DNA of 64,000 nt from Haliotis rubra (taxonomy: Eukaryota), in NCBI RefSeq assembly GCF_003918875.1, contig NW_025765481.1, positions 620,001 to 684,000 on the forward strand. Reading direction: 5' to 3'. Below are positions 13,073-26,400 of this stretch, piece by piece; positions within the stretch are counted from its first letter, which is position 1; each line of letters begins with the position of its first letter. The position numbers and the translations under genes were made by a program. The notes under the pieces are model-generated. The model worked only from the letters and a program-made list of their open reading frames with translations, did no database searches and had not been told where the DNA came from.

Positions 13073-13559
13073 TCTAAACTTGCCTTTTTAAAGGATAGAA
13101 TTACTGTACATGCATGGATTTAGCACTCAATACAGCCTTGGAGCAAGGCTAGTTTCAGGTGTATGAATTGATTACTGAACCCCCATGTCACCTTGTCCTG
13201 TGTTGTCTGTCACACAGATCCTGAACCACATTATTTCCCCATCATCCCAGCCCTTTCTGCGATGCTATAGCCATAAGTAAAGCAAGTCTAGATTCCAGGT
13301 TCTGAATCTCCCATCCCCCTGGGTCTCCTTTTCAGTTTAAAAGGAATTGTTTGTTGCTATCAAAGTTATATATATTCAGAGACTAGGCGTTAGTCTATGT
13401 CCTGTGTGGCACCTGCCTCTTAAACAATCTGTAGAAAACATGTTGTTTGTAGGTAAACGCCTCTCAGCAAAGCACTTGTCACATGACGGCCGTGACTCCT
13501 GCATTATGGAGTACTTTCTGAGATGTATTTCTGCAAAGTCTTAAACTGGTTTGTCTTAA

Positions 13560-13850
13560 TGATAATAATAAGTTATAATAATAAGTTTGGCATCTTTATA
13601 GCGCCTTAATCCAGAAAACTGCTCAAAGCCGCTTAGTCGTATGCTCGCTTGAATATGAGGGTTTTCAGTTCAGATCTGAAACTTGTGATGTTGGTATTGT
13701 CATGTAAGTAGGCTGGAAGTTTGTTCCACAACACAGCTCCTGCTTTGCGGAATGTTCTATCTCCGTGTGTGACAGTGTGTGTGACAGTGTGTGTGACAGT
13801 GTGTGTGACAGGGACAGTAACCCCGAGTGTGGACATAGATCGTATATGTC
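13560..13850 (-). mobile_element. L2-clade LINE 3' fragment
   Basis: GDRTFRKAGAVLWNKLP...SFRSELKTLIFKRAY*, then GCTTTGAGC...AAGGCGCTATAAA stem-loop and (TTA)n tail; internal (GTGTGACAGTGT) expansion. Confidence 0.8.
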
Positions 13851-14689
13851 CTCCTGGCTGATAGGGGGTGATGAGCTCCTGGATGTATTCAAACTGATTT
13901 GTACAGGAAATGTTTGATACATTGGTGGCCTGCTAGATCATTGAATCACGTTGGTGGACAATCCTTATGCAAATTGATTTGTAGATAAAAAATATTTTAC
14001 ACCTTGGTGGCCCGCTTTATCATTGAATCACGTTGGTGGACATTCCTTATGAAATTAACTAATTTGTAGAGGAATGTTTTAACAGTTACCTGACAATAAT
14101 AGGTAGTTTGACACCACGACACGGAAAAAACATCCGTGTTCAGGAGATCTCATACGTTTTGGGAACGCCCCGTATGTTGTCGCCGTGAGTTGTCACTGAC
14201 CCTATGAAACGGCTGCAGAAACCCATCGGTCGGGGCTAACTTAATAATGTTCTCGTTCAGATGCTGGTGTAGACGCGGCAAGACACGTGATGATGGCCTG
14301 ATCTGTTTATATGGGAGTTCTGTCATGACGGTGATGTATTCCCATAAAACATACATGGTACTCGTCATCACCCCGGTGTGTGCTGAAAGCGAATACCGTC
14401 TCAAACAGCATACATCACATGTCAGAATCGTCGCCTTCTTCGTGAATGTTCTGTTGATGAATTGTATATTTTCTTGCTGAAATACCTCCATGGCTAACAA
14501 AACAATGCATGTTAAGATGCGTATTAATTACAAGTAACAGCTGCATGAAGATTAATTGGGGAACTTTGGCATGTGTTTGTTGAGACATGGGCACCGACGG
14601 GTGCTATTTAATCATTGTCATCTGTGCAGGATGTTGCACAGGTTGAATTGCTGGAATACTTGGGTCAAGGCAAGTTTTGTGATTATTTG

Positions 14690-14918
14690 ATTGTTTGTTG
14701 TTTAATGCCGCACTCGGCAATATTCCAGCCATATGGCGGCGGTCTAGTAATATACGAGTCTGGACCAGACAATCTAGTGATCAACAGCATAAGCATCGAT
14801 CTACGCCGTTGGGACCTACGATGACATGTGTCAACCAAGTCAGCGAGCCTGACCACCCGATCTCTTCCGACAAGCATGGGCTGCTGAAGAGCAGTTCTAA
14901 CCCATATTTTCACTGGTC
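14690..14918 (-). mobile_element. SINE-like family B
   Basis: Reverse complement of family B. Confidence 0.85.
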
Positions 14919-15043
14919 GCAAGTTGTATGAAAACCTAGTTTTATTAAAACAAATTACAGATGTTTAACAGTACAGACATTTCTAGTAGAAAACAGCATG
15001 CTCCAATCTTTGGTCACCCAAGGTAGCAATAGAAATCATATGC

Positions 15044-15407
15044 TATTCACACTTTGATAAGGATCAAATCATGGATTCAACAGAAAACCATGATGTGGGG
15101 GTCAAATTGGATTTAAATAATCTGAGCTTATTGTAAGCATGGATCCTAGGTTTCAGTGTGTCATTTCATCTTGTGGAACCCATACCTACTGTTGACAGGT
15201 GTTGTGTACTTGTCACTGACTTGTTCCATGATTTGCAAAATGGTTCATTGGTGCCATGAAAACCATTTTTGTCGTTACTCATGTATCAAGTGCATAAAGT
15301 TAGGTTAAAGTGAATGTTTGCCTAAACAGGGGTTACCATATTATTATTTATCCAGTTTATAATTGATACAATTTCAAATTATGAATCTACGTTTAATTAA
15401 AGTTGTG
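15044..15407 (+). repeat. Dispersed ~360-bp repeat, copy 2
   Basis: Colinear with 992-1352. Confidence 0.85.
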
Positions 15408-16308
15408 GAGTCACCTACAAAAAAAAATAATGATTATTTCGGTCCACTCATCAACAGTGCTAGAGTTCGTTTTGCGGACATGTTATGATCCAGTGTAGTT
15501 GGTTCCGATACCAGATTCGTCCTAAATAGACCAGAAATAGACCAGGAAAACTGCGTTGGTTCTCATGGGGACCTGATGCCATTGAGATGTTCTCACAGTA
15601 CTATTATGGTGACTCATTCATCAGCGATCACTCTTTACTCGATCAACTGCAAGTGGAGTGTCGTTACAAATGTTGCTGTCATTATCCCGAAACATATTAT
15701 CCTCAACCAGTTGAGAAGGAGTAGGTTTATCATATAATGGGTTGGTTTTATGGCAGAATAAAGGTAATCGATAAAGGCGATATGTGTTGGAGTCATATAT
15801 GGGTAAATATGCACTTAAGACGTCTGGTAGGTAATACCTATAATGTTTACAAACTAAAATGTCGCTTTTGTCTCTCGGTGATCGAGTTGAAGATGGAGAT
15901 CATTATTATGATCATTATTGTGATAATTATCGTTACCATTATCACAGGTGTAAGAACGGCCGGGATATCAGTGCTCACACCTTTTCTTGTAGGCATCTGC
16001 GGTTTGAGGTCAATTACTAATTGAATTGATAGGAATTGACCGAGATTTTACCATGATCTGTCATTATGACAACAGTCAATATGCTTCCAAAAGGAACTTA
16101 GATCTCAAAGAGCAGTTGCCAAGTAATTGTCTATCAGTCATACCACAAGCTAAAACGTAAAACAAAGTTTGTATTCAGAGTACAAAGGTCATAAATAAAT
16201 ACCGCCAAGTACAGAGAATAAGCAGTCTCGGTTATCCGATGAAAAAAATTCGTGTAAAAATCACTGAACTCTTCCAAATGAATATAACCAGACATACAAC
16301 TGATACAC

Positions 16309-16800
16309 ACAAAGTGATACTATGAATAACAAGGACAAAGTGATACTATTAATAACGAGGACAAAGTGATACTTTTAATAACAAAGACAAAGTGATACTT
16401 TTAATAACAAGGACAAAGTGATACTTTTAATAACAAGGACAAAGTGATACTATTAATAACAAGGACAAAGTGATACTATTAATAACAAGGACAACGTGAC
16501 ACTATTAATAACAAGGAAAAAGTGATACTTTTAATAACAAGGACAAAGTGATACTATTAATAACAAGGACAAAGTGATACTATTAATAACGAGGACAAAG
16601 TGATACTTTAATAACGAGGACAAAGTGATACTTTTAATAACAAGGACAAAGTGATTCTTTAATAACAAGGACAAAGTGATACTATTAATAACAAGGACAA
16701 CGTGACACTATTAATAACAAGGACAAAGTGATACTTTTAATAACAAGGGCAAAGTGATACTATTAATAACAAGGACAAAGTGATACTATTAATAACAAGG
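16309..16800. repeat. 26-bp minisatellite, ~19 copies
   Basis: Unit TAATAACAAGGACAAAGTGATACTAT. Confidence 0.95.
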
Positions 16801-18257
16801 AAAAATAAGGGGAACAGTTACAATCATAGAGTTAACAATACTTATTTGCGATACAGGTTATATTTGGAGCTACACGAGCCTTGACCTGTATTACATGGTT
16901 CGATAGGGCAATTCAATGGCAGCGGGGTGTAAATTAGTTTACACTACAACTTGTGTCGGTGTTGGGTGGGTACATCGAACTGTTTGAAACTACTATTTAT
17001 TCTAGTTCTAGGCATAAAAATGTTTTCTCAGTGTTTGATATTTACACAGATGGGACATTAAATCCTGTTGGAAAAGAGTTGAGTCGAAGTCAATGCTATG
17101 TATTGAAAGGACGTATGTGTTTATGTATATGTGAACTATTGCTCATACTCAACACAATATAAACCTGCCTTTCTCACTCTGTTTATTGCGGATGTGTTAT
17201 AGATGACTGCAAGCCGGGTTAATTTAGAGATGGGTGACGGTGACGGGATTTGGGTTTATTGAAGTATAAACAGAATATACTACCACGATTTCTCAGAAAA
17301 GGGTATTTTCGGATTTACGACCAAATACAATATTTGACGTTACTGACCACTATTTCCAGCATGGCATTTTGATGTTTTGATAAATCAAAATACACAATGA
17401 AATATCTCTTTTAAGGAACACCTGACCGTCTCTGTGTCAAATTGTGTTGACTAGGTGATGAAGTAGATTTTCCAGTAAAGAATTTACCTTGTCAAGCAAT
17501 ATGTAATCACCATTATGTGATATTTTACGGAAAGACACTTTTCTTTGCTAATTGATAGTTTTTTGCAGTTCAGTTTTAACGATTAGAGTTCAAGTTAAAC
17601 CAATTCAAGTGCTGTAGATCTTCAGAGGATTTTACTAAATTTTACAATCGCTTGTCAACGTTGTACGATATACCATCGAATATTACGCCCTTAGTATGCT
17701 TATGGTAAATTCACACCTCCTCACTGACACTTATAAATTAATGTTCTGGACACACATACCCCTTGGCTAACATATGGTGTTATATCTAATTTCCATTTAT
17801 ATTAAATTCCATTATGATAATAATAATAGTTGTTGTAAGGCTAAAACAGCTGTAGATGACACGGATCTTGAACAAGTAGGACCAGTAACAAAAATAGCGT
17901 TGATACTTGACACAATTACAGGCTTACGTCCTCGTACACAGCATTATGTTTTACAGTATATCCGGCTTTCTAAGAGAGTAATGCAGGATATAATACCCGG
18001 ACGTCATCATGTATTTGCTTTCTCGGTATGGCTTTAGAAAGCGGTGGTTATAAAGTCTATAAACGTTTCGTTTAAGAGTTTCATGAATGGTCCGGTCCGT
18101 AAAAATGAAAAAATAGTCTTGCACTCCTGAAACGGGTTGAAATTCTAAATTATATAGGCAATATGAAAGTTTACTAAAGGAGATTATGATACTTTACACA
18201 GAATTGCACATTTACATGAAACAGAAGTGACGATACGAGTTTTGACGTTACCGTTGA

Positions 18258-18416
18258 ATGAGTGAGTTTAGTTTTACGCCGCTTTTAGCAATAGTCCAGC
18301 AATGTACCAGGAATACCAGGAATGGGCTTCAAACATTGTACTCATGTGTGGAATCGAACCCGGGTTTTCGGCGTGACGAACGAACGCTTTAGCCACAAGG
18401 CTACCCCGCCGACCCC
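18258..18416 (-). mobile_element. tRNA-derived SINE family A
   Basis: Reverse complement of the family sequence. Confidence 0.85.
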
Positions 18417-18899
18417 GTTACTGTTATAGGTCGATTGTAAAATGTTGATTTCTCAATACAAAACTTTAATAAAATGTACAATCTGTGTGGACATATTCAC
18501 AATGAAATGATTTCACATGGTACATAGACTGAGTTTGGTAATGGACAAAGGAAGGGATAAAGAATGTACATTATTCTTTATTAAGCGAGCCTTGATTATG
18601 ACGCTATCGCAACATTGTGACACAGTGCCATTGGAACGATACCACAAGACTGAATGTTGAGTATAAAGGATCATTTCTTGACATAAGGAACATAAAAAAC
18701 CCAAAACAAATCGACTAAACAGTGTCAGAGTGACTACACGCAATCACCCAACACATACAATGAGGTCTTTCAACTCCAAGTTACTTACAATGTAACCCAG
18801 GTGACCCGGACGTTAACGTTAGTATTCATTGGCCGCATATTCAGACATTATAACCTCCAAATAGGTCACAGCCCTCTCTAACTGCACAGTCAAACCCAT

Positions 18900-20155
18900 C
18901 TCTAGTTTGTACAGTCGAACCCCTAGTTTGTCCAGTCGAATCACTAGTTTGTACAATCGAACCCCTAGTTTGTCCAGTCGAACCCCTAGTTTGTCAAGTC
19001 GAACCCCTAGTTTGTCCAGTCGAACCCCTAGTTTGTCCAGTCGAATCACTAGTTTGTACAGTCGAACCCCTAGTTTGTCCAGTCGAACCCCTAGTTTGTC
19101 CAGTCGAACCCCTAGTTTGTACAATCGAACCCCTAGTTTGTCCAGTCGAACCCCTAGTTTGTACAGTCGAACCCCTAGTTTGTACAATCGAACCCCTAGT
19201 TTGTACAGTCGAATCACTAGTTTGTCCAGTCGAACCCCTAGTTTGTACAGTCGAATCCCTAGTTTGTACAGTCGAATCACTAGTTTGTTCAGTCGAACCC
19301 CTAGTTTGTCCAGTCGAACCCCTAGTTTGTCCAGCCGAATCACTAGTTTGTACAGTCGAACCTCTAGTTTGTACAGTCCAATCACTAGTTTGTCCAGTCG
19401 AACCCCTAGTTTGTCCAGTCGAACCCCTAGTTTGTCCAGTCGAACTCCTAGTTTGTACAGTCGAATCACTAGTTTGTCCAGTCGAACCCCTAGTTTGTCC
19501 AGTCGAACCCCTAGTTTGTCCAGTCGAACCCCTAGTTTGTACAGTCGAACCCCTAGTTTGTACAATCGAACCCCTAGTTTGTCCAGTCGAATCACTAGTT
19601 TGTCCAGTCGAACCCCTAGTTTGTCCAGTCGAATCCCTAGTTTGTACAGTCGAATCACTAGTTTGTTCAGTCGAACCCCTAGTTTGTCCAGTCGAACCCC
19701 TAGTTTGTCCAGCCGAATCACTAGTTTGTACAGTCGAACCTCTAGTTTGTACAGTCCAATCACTAGTTTGTCCAGTCGAACCCCTAGTTTGTCCAGTCGA
19801 ACCCCTAGTTTGTCCAGTCGAACTCCTAGTTTGTACAGTCGAATCACTAGTTTGTCCAGTCGAACCCCTAGTTTGTCCAGTCGAACCCCTAGTTTGTCCA
19901 GTCAGATCCCTAGTTTGTCCAGTCGAATCACTAGTTTGTACAGTCGAACCCCTAGTTTGTCCAGTCGAACCCCTAGTTTGTACAATCACTAGTTTGTCCA
20001 GTCGAATCACTAGTTTGTCCAGTCGAACCCCTAGTTTGTCCAGTCGAACCCCTAGTTTGTCCAGTCGAACCCCTAGTTTGTACAGTCGAATCACTATAGC
20101 TAGTTTGTACAGTCGAACCAGTAGTTTGTCTAGTCGAAACACTAGTTTGTACAGC
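18900..20155. repeat. 21-bp minisatellite, ~60 copies, with a 378-bp higher-order duplication
   Basis: Unit CCTAGTTTGT(C/A)CAGTCGAACC. Confidence 0.95.
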
Positions 20156-20679
20156 CAAATCAATTATAAAGGTGGTGCAGTGTGATCTGGACAACCTCCA
20201 TTATTCTGTCAAACTCCAACATTGAAATGACCTTCCCGGAGCAAGTTTTTTGCATGAAGACGTTCGTAAAGTTATGTAATCCACAGCTCGCTTGATGGAA
20301 TTATTCTAAGTTATATTTAAAAGTCTCACCAGTAACAGGTATCATTTAATCATAATTATGACGTTACGCTATTGTTTATGCAGTTGACTCTGAACCAGGA
20401 ATTTGCTATACCGAACGAACCCGTAAAGATCCGGGTTGGAATGTTTGTGAAGTGGGTGCCGGGTTCGGATGAATGTCATCGTATTTCCATTGCGTAGATC
20501 GATGCTCATGATATCAGTCACTGGATTGTCTGGTTCAGACATCACACGCGGGGCCCCATGCCTTATGTGATCTGCAACGGTGCCGTCTGTTGCACACGGG
20601 TGGGTCCCCAGACTGTGTATTGACTGACGACCACAGCCAACAGCCAACATCTCACCCAACCAAATGTCAAATTCAGCCT

Positions 20680-21430
20680 TCAACCCTCACCCACTAAATG
20701 GCCCATCCCTGCAACCAATTTTGAACCACCAAATCCCAACCCTAGTGGTTGAACCCCCATCCACTAAATCCCAACCCCAACCCCTGACCCACTGAATCCC
20801 AACGCCATGATATTGCTGGAATATTGCCCCACCCAGCTAAATCCCACTCTGTGCTCCATCCCCTCACCCACCAAATCCCATGCTCCCATGTCGGTCGCCA
20901 CCCTCACCCACCCAAATGTCATTGTCCTCAACATCTCACCCACTAAATGCCCAACCCCTATCCCACATCTAATATTCATTAACTCTAAATGCCTTTGTTT
21001 GATAATTATATCTGAAGGCGGCTCCCGTGCCCCACCCCAACCCCAACCAACATCCTCAACCCAACCCCCACCCACCAAATCTCAATCCCAACCCCACCCC
21101 CAAATCCCAACCCCATTCCCTCACCCACCTATCCCAACCACAACCCCTCCCACCAAATGTCAAGCTCAACATCTCACCCACCCAATCTCACCCTCACCCA
21201 CCAAATCCCAACCCCAACCCCTCACCCAACCAAATCCCAACCCCAACCCTCACCCACCAAATCCCAACCCCAACCCCCCACCCACTAAATCCCATCCCCA
21301 ACCCCCACCCACCAAATCCCAACCCCAACCCCTCACCCACCAAATCCCAACCCCAACCCCTCACCCACCAAATCCCAACCCCAACCCCCACCCCCAAATC
21401 CCAACCCCAACCCCTCACCCACCGAATCCC
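20680..21430. repeat. C-rich ~28-bp degenerate repeat (G-run-rich on minus strand)
   Basis: Recurrent CCCAACCCCAACCCCTCACCCACCAAAT. Confidence 0.85.
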
Positions 21431-21859
21431 AGCCCCTTCTTCCAGTGTGTTTTTCCTGAAGACGTTCAGTTGGTCAAAGAAACATTGGTTTGAATCAAAA
21501 CAGGACCTCCTCATAGACCGGGCTTAATTGATGCATGGATGTCCCTGTAGTATACTGTTATTGCGTGGGTTGTCTTTGTACAGTTTGTGTCGTCTTATAT
21601 AGGCCTCCCTTTGTCCATCAGTCAGAAGAACGTAGGAGTATAAGTGGGAGCAAATGATATTACTTATTTCCATATAATTGGACTGAAATAGATGTATTTC
21701 CTCATTTGATGGAATATACACTCTCTGCCTAAAAGGACTGTTTTATGAGGCAATGCAATCTCTGCTGGTTGTAGGATGAGATACAAGGCATGGCAAATAG
21801 GATTGTGTCTCCTATGTGGCGTCGTCCGACGTGGTGGGATGGTTGTAGATCACAAAATA

Positions 21860-22297
21860 TACTTCCCATCAAAAGTTTAGACTCACTTAAAACACTCACT
21901 ATATATGTTTTATTCTCACTATATGTATGTATGGTTACATCGAAGATTTATTTCTCCACTAATTTGGAGGAACTGACTGCAAACCTTATCGAGATGAATT
22001 GCACGAGGATCATGCATCAAATTGCTGAAAAGCATGTGCAAATATCGTGCATGTGAACAGCTGCGTATTGGTGTAAAATTTTGTTAAGAATTCACCAATT
22101 CTCACTGATTTTTATCATTTATTAAACTCGTGACAATGATCTTTTCAACGTTACGAATTTGTTTTACAATACATCAGTTCATGTGTAAACAGTACCTTTA
22201 AACAGTATGAAATATTTTGCAAAATCTAGTTAAGAACAGTTGACTGAAGTAAGTGGCTACGTTTACACTAGTGAGTCTAAACTTTTGATGGGTAGTA
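21860..22297. mobile_element. Tc1/mariner-type MITE, 438 bp
   Basis: 28-bp TIRs TACT(T/A)CCCATCAAAAGTTTAGACTCACT with 1 mismatch; TA / TG flanks. Confidence 0.85.
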
Positions 22298-22524
22298 TGT
22301 TACGACATTTTGATTATGTAGTGATTATTACCAAATAATATGCCCTTTTGTGATCGAACCTCCCTTTGGTGGTGGCTGAAAGTGGAACAAACAAGAAATG
22401 TTTTTCGATGGAGATGTAACTAATAGTTTAAAGGCACAGTTTTTCAACCAGGGTTTGAAGGCCGTTAACATGGCTATGTACGACCACATTACATATCACG
22501 GTGTAGACTAGTTCAAAAACTTTA

Positions 22525-22760
22525 GACCCGTTTAGAATTGGTTTTCAGTAACCCATGCTTGTCGTAAGAGGCGACTAACGGGATCGGGTGCTTTCTTTCG
22601 CTGACTTGGTTGACACATGTCATCGTATCCTCGTTGTGTAGATCGATGCTCATGCTGTTGATCAGTGGATTGTCTGGTTCAGACTCGATTATTTACACAC
22701 CGCCGCCATATAGCTGGAAGATTGCTGAGTGCGGCGTAAACTAAACTCACTCACTCACTC
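22525..22760 (+). mobile_element. SINE-like family B with (TCAC)n tail
   Basis: Family B sequence. Confidence 0.85.
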
Positions 22761-23805
22761 CCAATAGAGTAATATGTAATATGATCGTGATGGGTATACT
22801 TTTGCTTCGGACTTACGTTGTCAGTCGTTCGGCTATTTTTGAGGCTAGTAACATATTTAAAACATTAGTAACGTTGGGGCCGAATATACGTTCTAAGTGT
22901 GTATTTCTTTTGCAAGGGTCTTTATGCGACATACATTTATACATGTATAGGCAGTAACACAATCGTATATTGCTGTCGACATGAAACAGGTGAGCCCCAT
23001 CGTAAAGCATAAATTCTGGTATTTTGATCCAAAGATTAGATGTAAAGATACGTGCATTTATAAGTCACTTTAATTGAATTGAATTCAACACAAAGAAACC
23101 CCACTGACACACATCTAAGGTTTCAGTCAGAGTATTTCTACCGTCATAAAGTCTACATACATATACACATAATATACTTCGTCGGCTAGTCTAGACTGGA
23201 GAGCCCTTGAAACCCTAATCCGGTCCGACGTTGAAAGGATACAAAATGTTTTGGAGGGTGTATATATTGGAACCTCAGAAGGCAGATGGTACCTTACTCT
23301 GTTACATCTTAATGTCGAACTACCTGCCAATTGAACGCCATGTTTTTCGTCTATTCAAGCATAAATGTTTGAATTCCGAGGAACAAACAGAAAATACAAA
23401 TTCCTTCAGCCGTGTCAGTGGAGGCTGGGGGTATGGCTAACTGCTTTTGTTGTCTTCTGTATTGTGGGAAATCTGTAAAATAAGGTGCAGCATTTCCACC
23501 CCGTGTGTTTTGCTGGTCTTGCTGGGCAACTACCCAGGGGTACCATTAGCATTATGTACATCTGCCCACTCTCCTCCCACTGATCTGTGACGGTGTCCAA
23601 CCTCGCGTCTCCGGTGTCTGGAGTATTGAGGCCCAGAAGTTGTTATCCAGAATTAAATTACATTTGTGACGTCATTCCATTGTCTGTTCGCTCCATTACT
23701 TTTCAGGAATGGAGCGATGTGTACCAGTTTCAAAATAAAACCTTCATTTTGTCATTTAATTTTGATAACAGAAATATTCCCAATACTTCGAATGTAATTT
23801 AAGTA

Positions 23806-23915
23806 GGGTAATATCCTCGTCACTCTCTCCATTCCTTAAAAATAATGTGCCTCGGCCCCTCCGGGGCCTCGGCTCCATTATTTTTAAGGAATGGAGAGTT
23901 ACTCGGACATTACCC
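23806..23915. repeat. ~110-bp hairpin (palindromic MITE-like element)
   Basis: CTCTCCATTCCTTAAAAATAATG / CATTATTTTTAAGGAATGGAGAG arms around a CCTCGGCCCC-GGGGCCTCGG core. Confidence 0.8.
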
Positions 23916-24130
23916 TCTACTGAAGGGAAGACATAGCGCGTATGCATAAGAGAATTAAGCATTCAGTAACGTCTGTAGACATCCCGTTTTCACCAAGTCA
24001 ATATATGAACAAATACAGTTTGTAAACCTCAAACAGGGCGTGATAACGTGTATAGCCTGGCTTGATTTTCATAATTCTGTGTTCTTTGTTTCTGCCCTTA
24101 GTTTCAGTATGACTGGCCGACTTTCCTGCG

Positions 24131-24134
<4 letters not shown>

Positions 24135-24195
<61 letters not shown>

Positions 24196-24220
24196 GCACG
24201 CACGCACGCACGCGCACACA
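24135..24220. repeat. (CA)n/(CGCA)n microsatellite
   Basis: Read directly. Confidence 0.95.
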
Positions 24221-24437
24221 TATGCATGTATAAGAATGTGTAGAATCTAACTTGCTTAGACGTATGGTATTTAATTGTGTTAGATATTCGAATAAGGTTA
24301 TTTTAATAACTCCAATAATGAACTGAACAAACGTATTGACATGCGTACACACATGTCTGTAAATACACACCCACGTGTATTTACCAAAGACAATCACAGC
24401 TACGTGGAAAATCTTTAACACTCTGTGTATTTGAACT

Positions 24438-24491
24438 AAGTGGTGTAGTGGACAGAGCGTCTGCCAGGAGGTTCGAAACCCGGGCGCATCC
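24438..24491 (+). mobile_element. tRNA-like SINE head (A/B boxes)
   Basis: TGGTGTAGTGG and GGTTCGAAACCC; no full cloverleaf. Confidence 0.35.
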
Positions 24492-25059
24492 AAAAACGTT
24501 GAAACCCTCCACCCACAGGCCACATCACATCCACACCCACAGCTCCTCGCCCACCCCAACCTTCCTGTACAAGGACCACTGGGAAGAGGTCGCAGCTGAT
24601 TGGGTTAATGAAGAAGATTTGGAAATACTATATGCTTTATGCTCTGGGGATTTGGTCGATCGTAACGCTACACGAGTCACCAAGTCTCCGTGAATACTGT
24701 TAGTTGTATGTCAGTAGAGACATTTACATAGTATTGTTGACAGGATGATGATGCCCGAGTTGATAGGGTACGGATCTCGTCTTTAACATCTAGAAGAAAA
24801 CAGGTTATCATTACATCTCCGCATTAATATTTATCAAGAAATCGATAAGATCGGAGCAACTTAAGGGCTTGTTCACAGCTGATTGACGTTGGAGATGCTC
24901 TTTGCATAACAGTCTTGAATGTAAAACCTTCTGGATGACAACTTCTGGTTTATGGCGCTTATAGACGTTTCAATGAAGATGTTTATATCATGATTAGGGC
25001 GACGGTCTTGACTGCATTCTCCATCTTTGTGCCCCTCTTTATTAACGGCTACATTCCTG

Positions 25060-26400
25060 ATCTCTGTACCCTAGACCCGACTATCTGAACGGCTCCAGTA
25101 GGGATCTGTGTACCCTAGACCCGACTATCTGAACGGCTCCAGTAGGGATCTGTGTACCCTAGACCCGACTATCTGAACGGCTCCAGTAGGGATCTGTGTA
25201 CCCTAGACCCGACTATCTGAGTACGGCTCTAGTACCCTAGGGATATGTGTACCCTAGGGACCCGACCCGACTCTTCTAGGGATCTGTGAGACGGCTGAAC
25301 GGCTCCAGTAGGGATCTGTGTACCCTAGACCCGACTATCTGAACGGCTCCAGTAGGGATCTGTGTACCCTAGACCCGACTATCTGAACGGCTCCAGTAGG
25401 GATCTGTGTACCCTAGACCCGACTATCTGAACGGCTCCAGTACCCTAGACCCGGATTCCAGTAGGGACCCTAGACCCAGTAGGGACTATAGACCCGACTA
25501 TCTGAACGGCTCCAGTAGGGATCTGTGTACCCTAGACCCGACTATCTGAACGGCTCCAGTAGGGATCTGTGTACCCTAGACCCGACTATCTGAACGGCTC
25601 CAGTAGGGATCTGTGTACCCTAGACCCGACTATCTGAACGGCTCCAGTAGGGATCTGTGTACCCTAGACCCGACTATCTGAACGGCTCCAGTAGGGATCT
25701 GTGTACCCTAGACCCGACTATCTGAACGGCAGTAGGGATAGTAGACCCGGATCTGAACGGCTCAGTAGGGATCTGTGTACCCTAGACCCGATCTGAACGG
25801 CTCCAGAGGGACGGACCCGACTATCTGAACGGCTCCAGTAGGGATCTGTGTACCCTAGACCCGACTATCTGAACGGCTCCAGTAGGGATCTGTGTACCCT
25901 AGACCCGACTATCTGAACGGCTCCAGTAGGGATCTGTGTACCCTAGACTTGACTATCTGAACGGCTCCAGTAGGTGTACCCCTAGATCCCTTGACTTTCT
26001 GAACGGCTCTAGACTTGACTTTCTGAACGGCTCTGGTAGGGATTTGTGTACCCTAGACTTGACTTTCTGAACGGCTCTAGTAGGGATTTGTGTACCCTAG
26101 ACTTGACTTTCTGAACGGCTCTAGTAGGGATTTGTGTACTCTAGACTTGACTTTCTGAACGGCTCTAGTAGGGATTTGTGTACTCTAGACTTGACTTTTT
26201 AAAGGGCACTAGTAGGGATTTGTGTACCCTGGACGTAACTTTCTGAACGGCTCTTGTAGGGATTTGTGACTCGACTTTCTGAACGGCTCTAGTAGGGATC
26301 TCTGTACAACTAGACCCGACTTTCTGTACGGCTGTAGTCGTAATCTCTATACCCCTAGACGCAACTTTCTGTAGTCGGGACTTCTGTACCCTAGACCAGA
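25060..26400. repeat. 44-bp minisatellite, ~30 copies, polarised divergence
   Basis: Unit GTACCCTAGACCCGACTATCTGAACGGCTCCAGTAGGGATCTGT. Confidence 0.95.

Noticed and set aside
14150-14500. 116-aa minus-strand ORF with an acceptor-like site
   Set aside because: No recognisable domain or compatible neighbouring exons.
18819-20163. Three long ORFs (342-389 aa) in several frames
   Set aside because: By-product of a stop-free 21-bp tandem repeat; open on both strands, with no splice or start context.
20764-21527. Pro-rich and Gly/Trp-rich ORFs
   Set aside because: Translations of a C-rich low-complexity repeat.
25060-26400. CRISPR-like regular array
   Set aside because: Head-to-tail units without unique spacers, no cas genes, eukaryotic context; the same applies to the other arrays.
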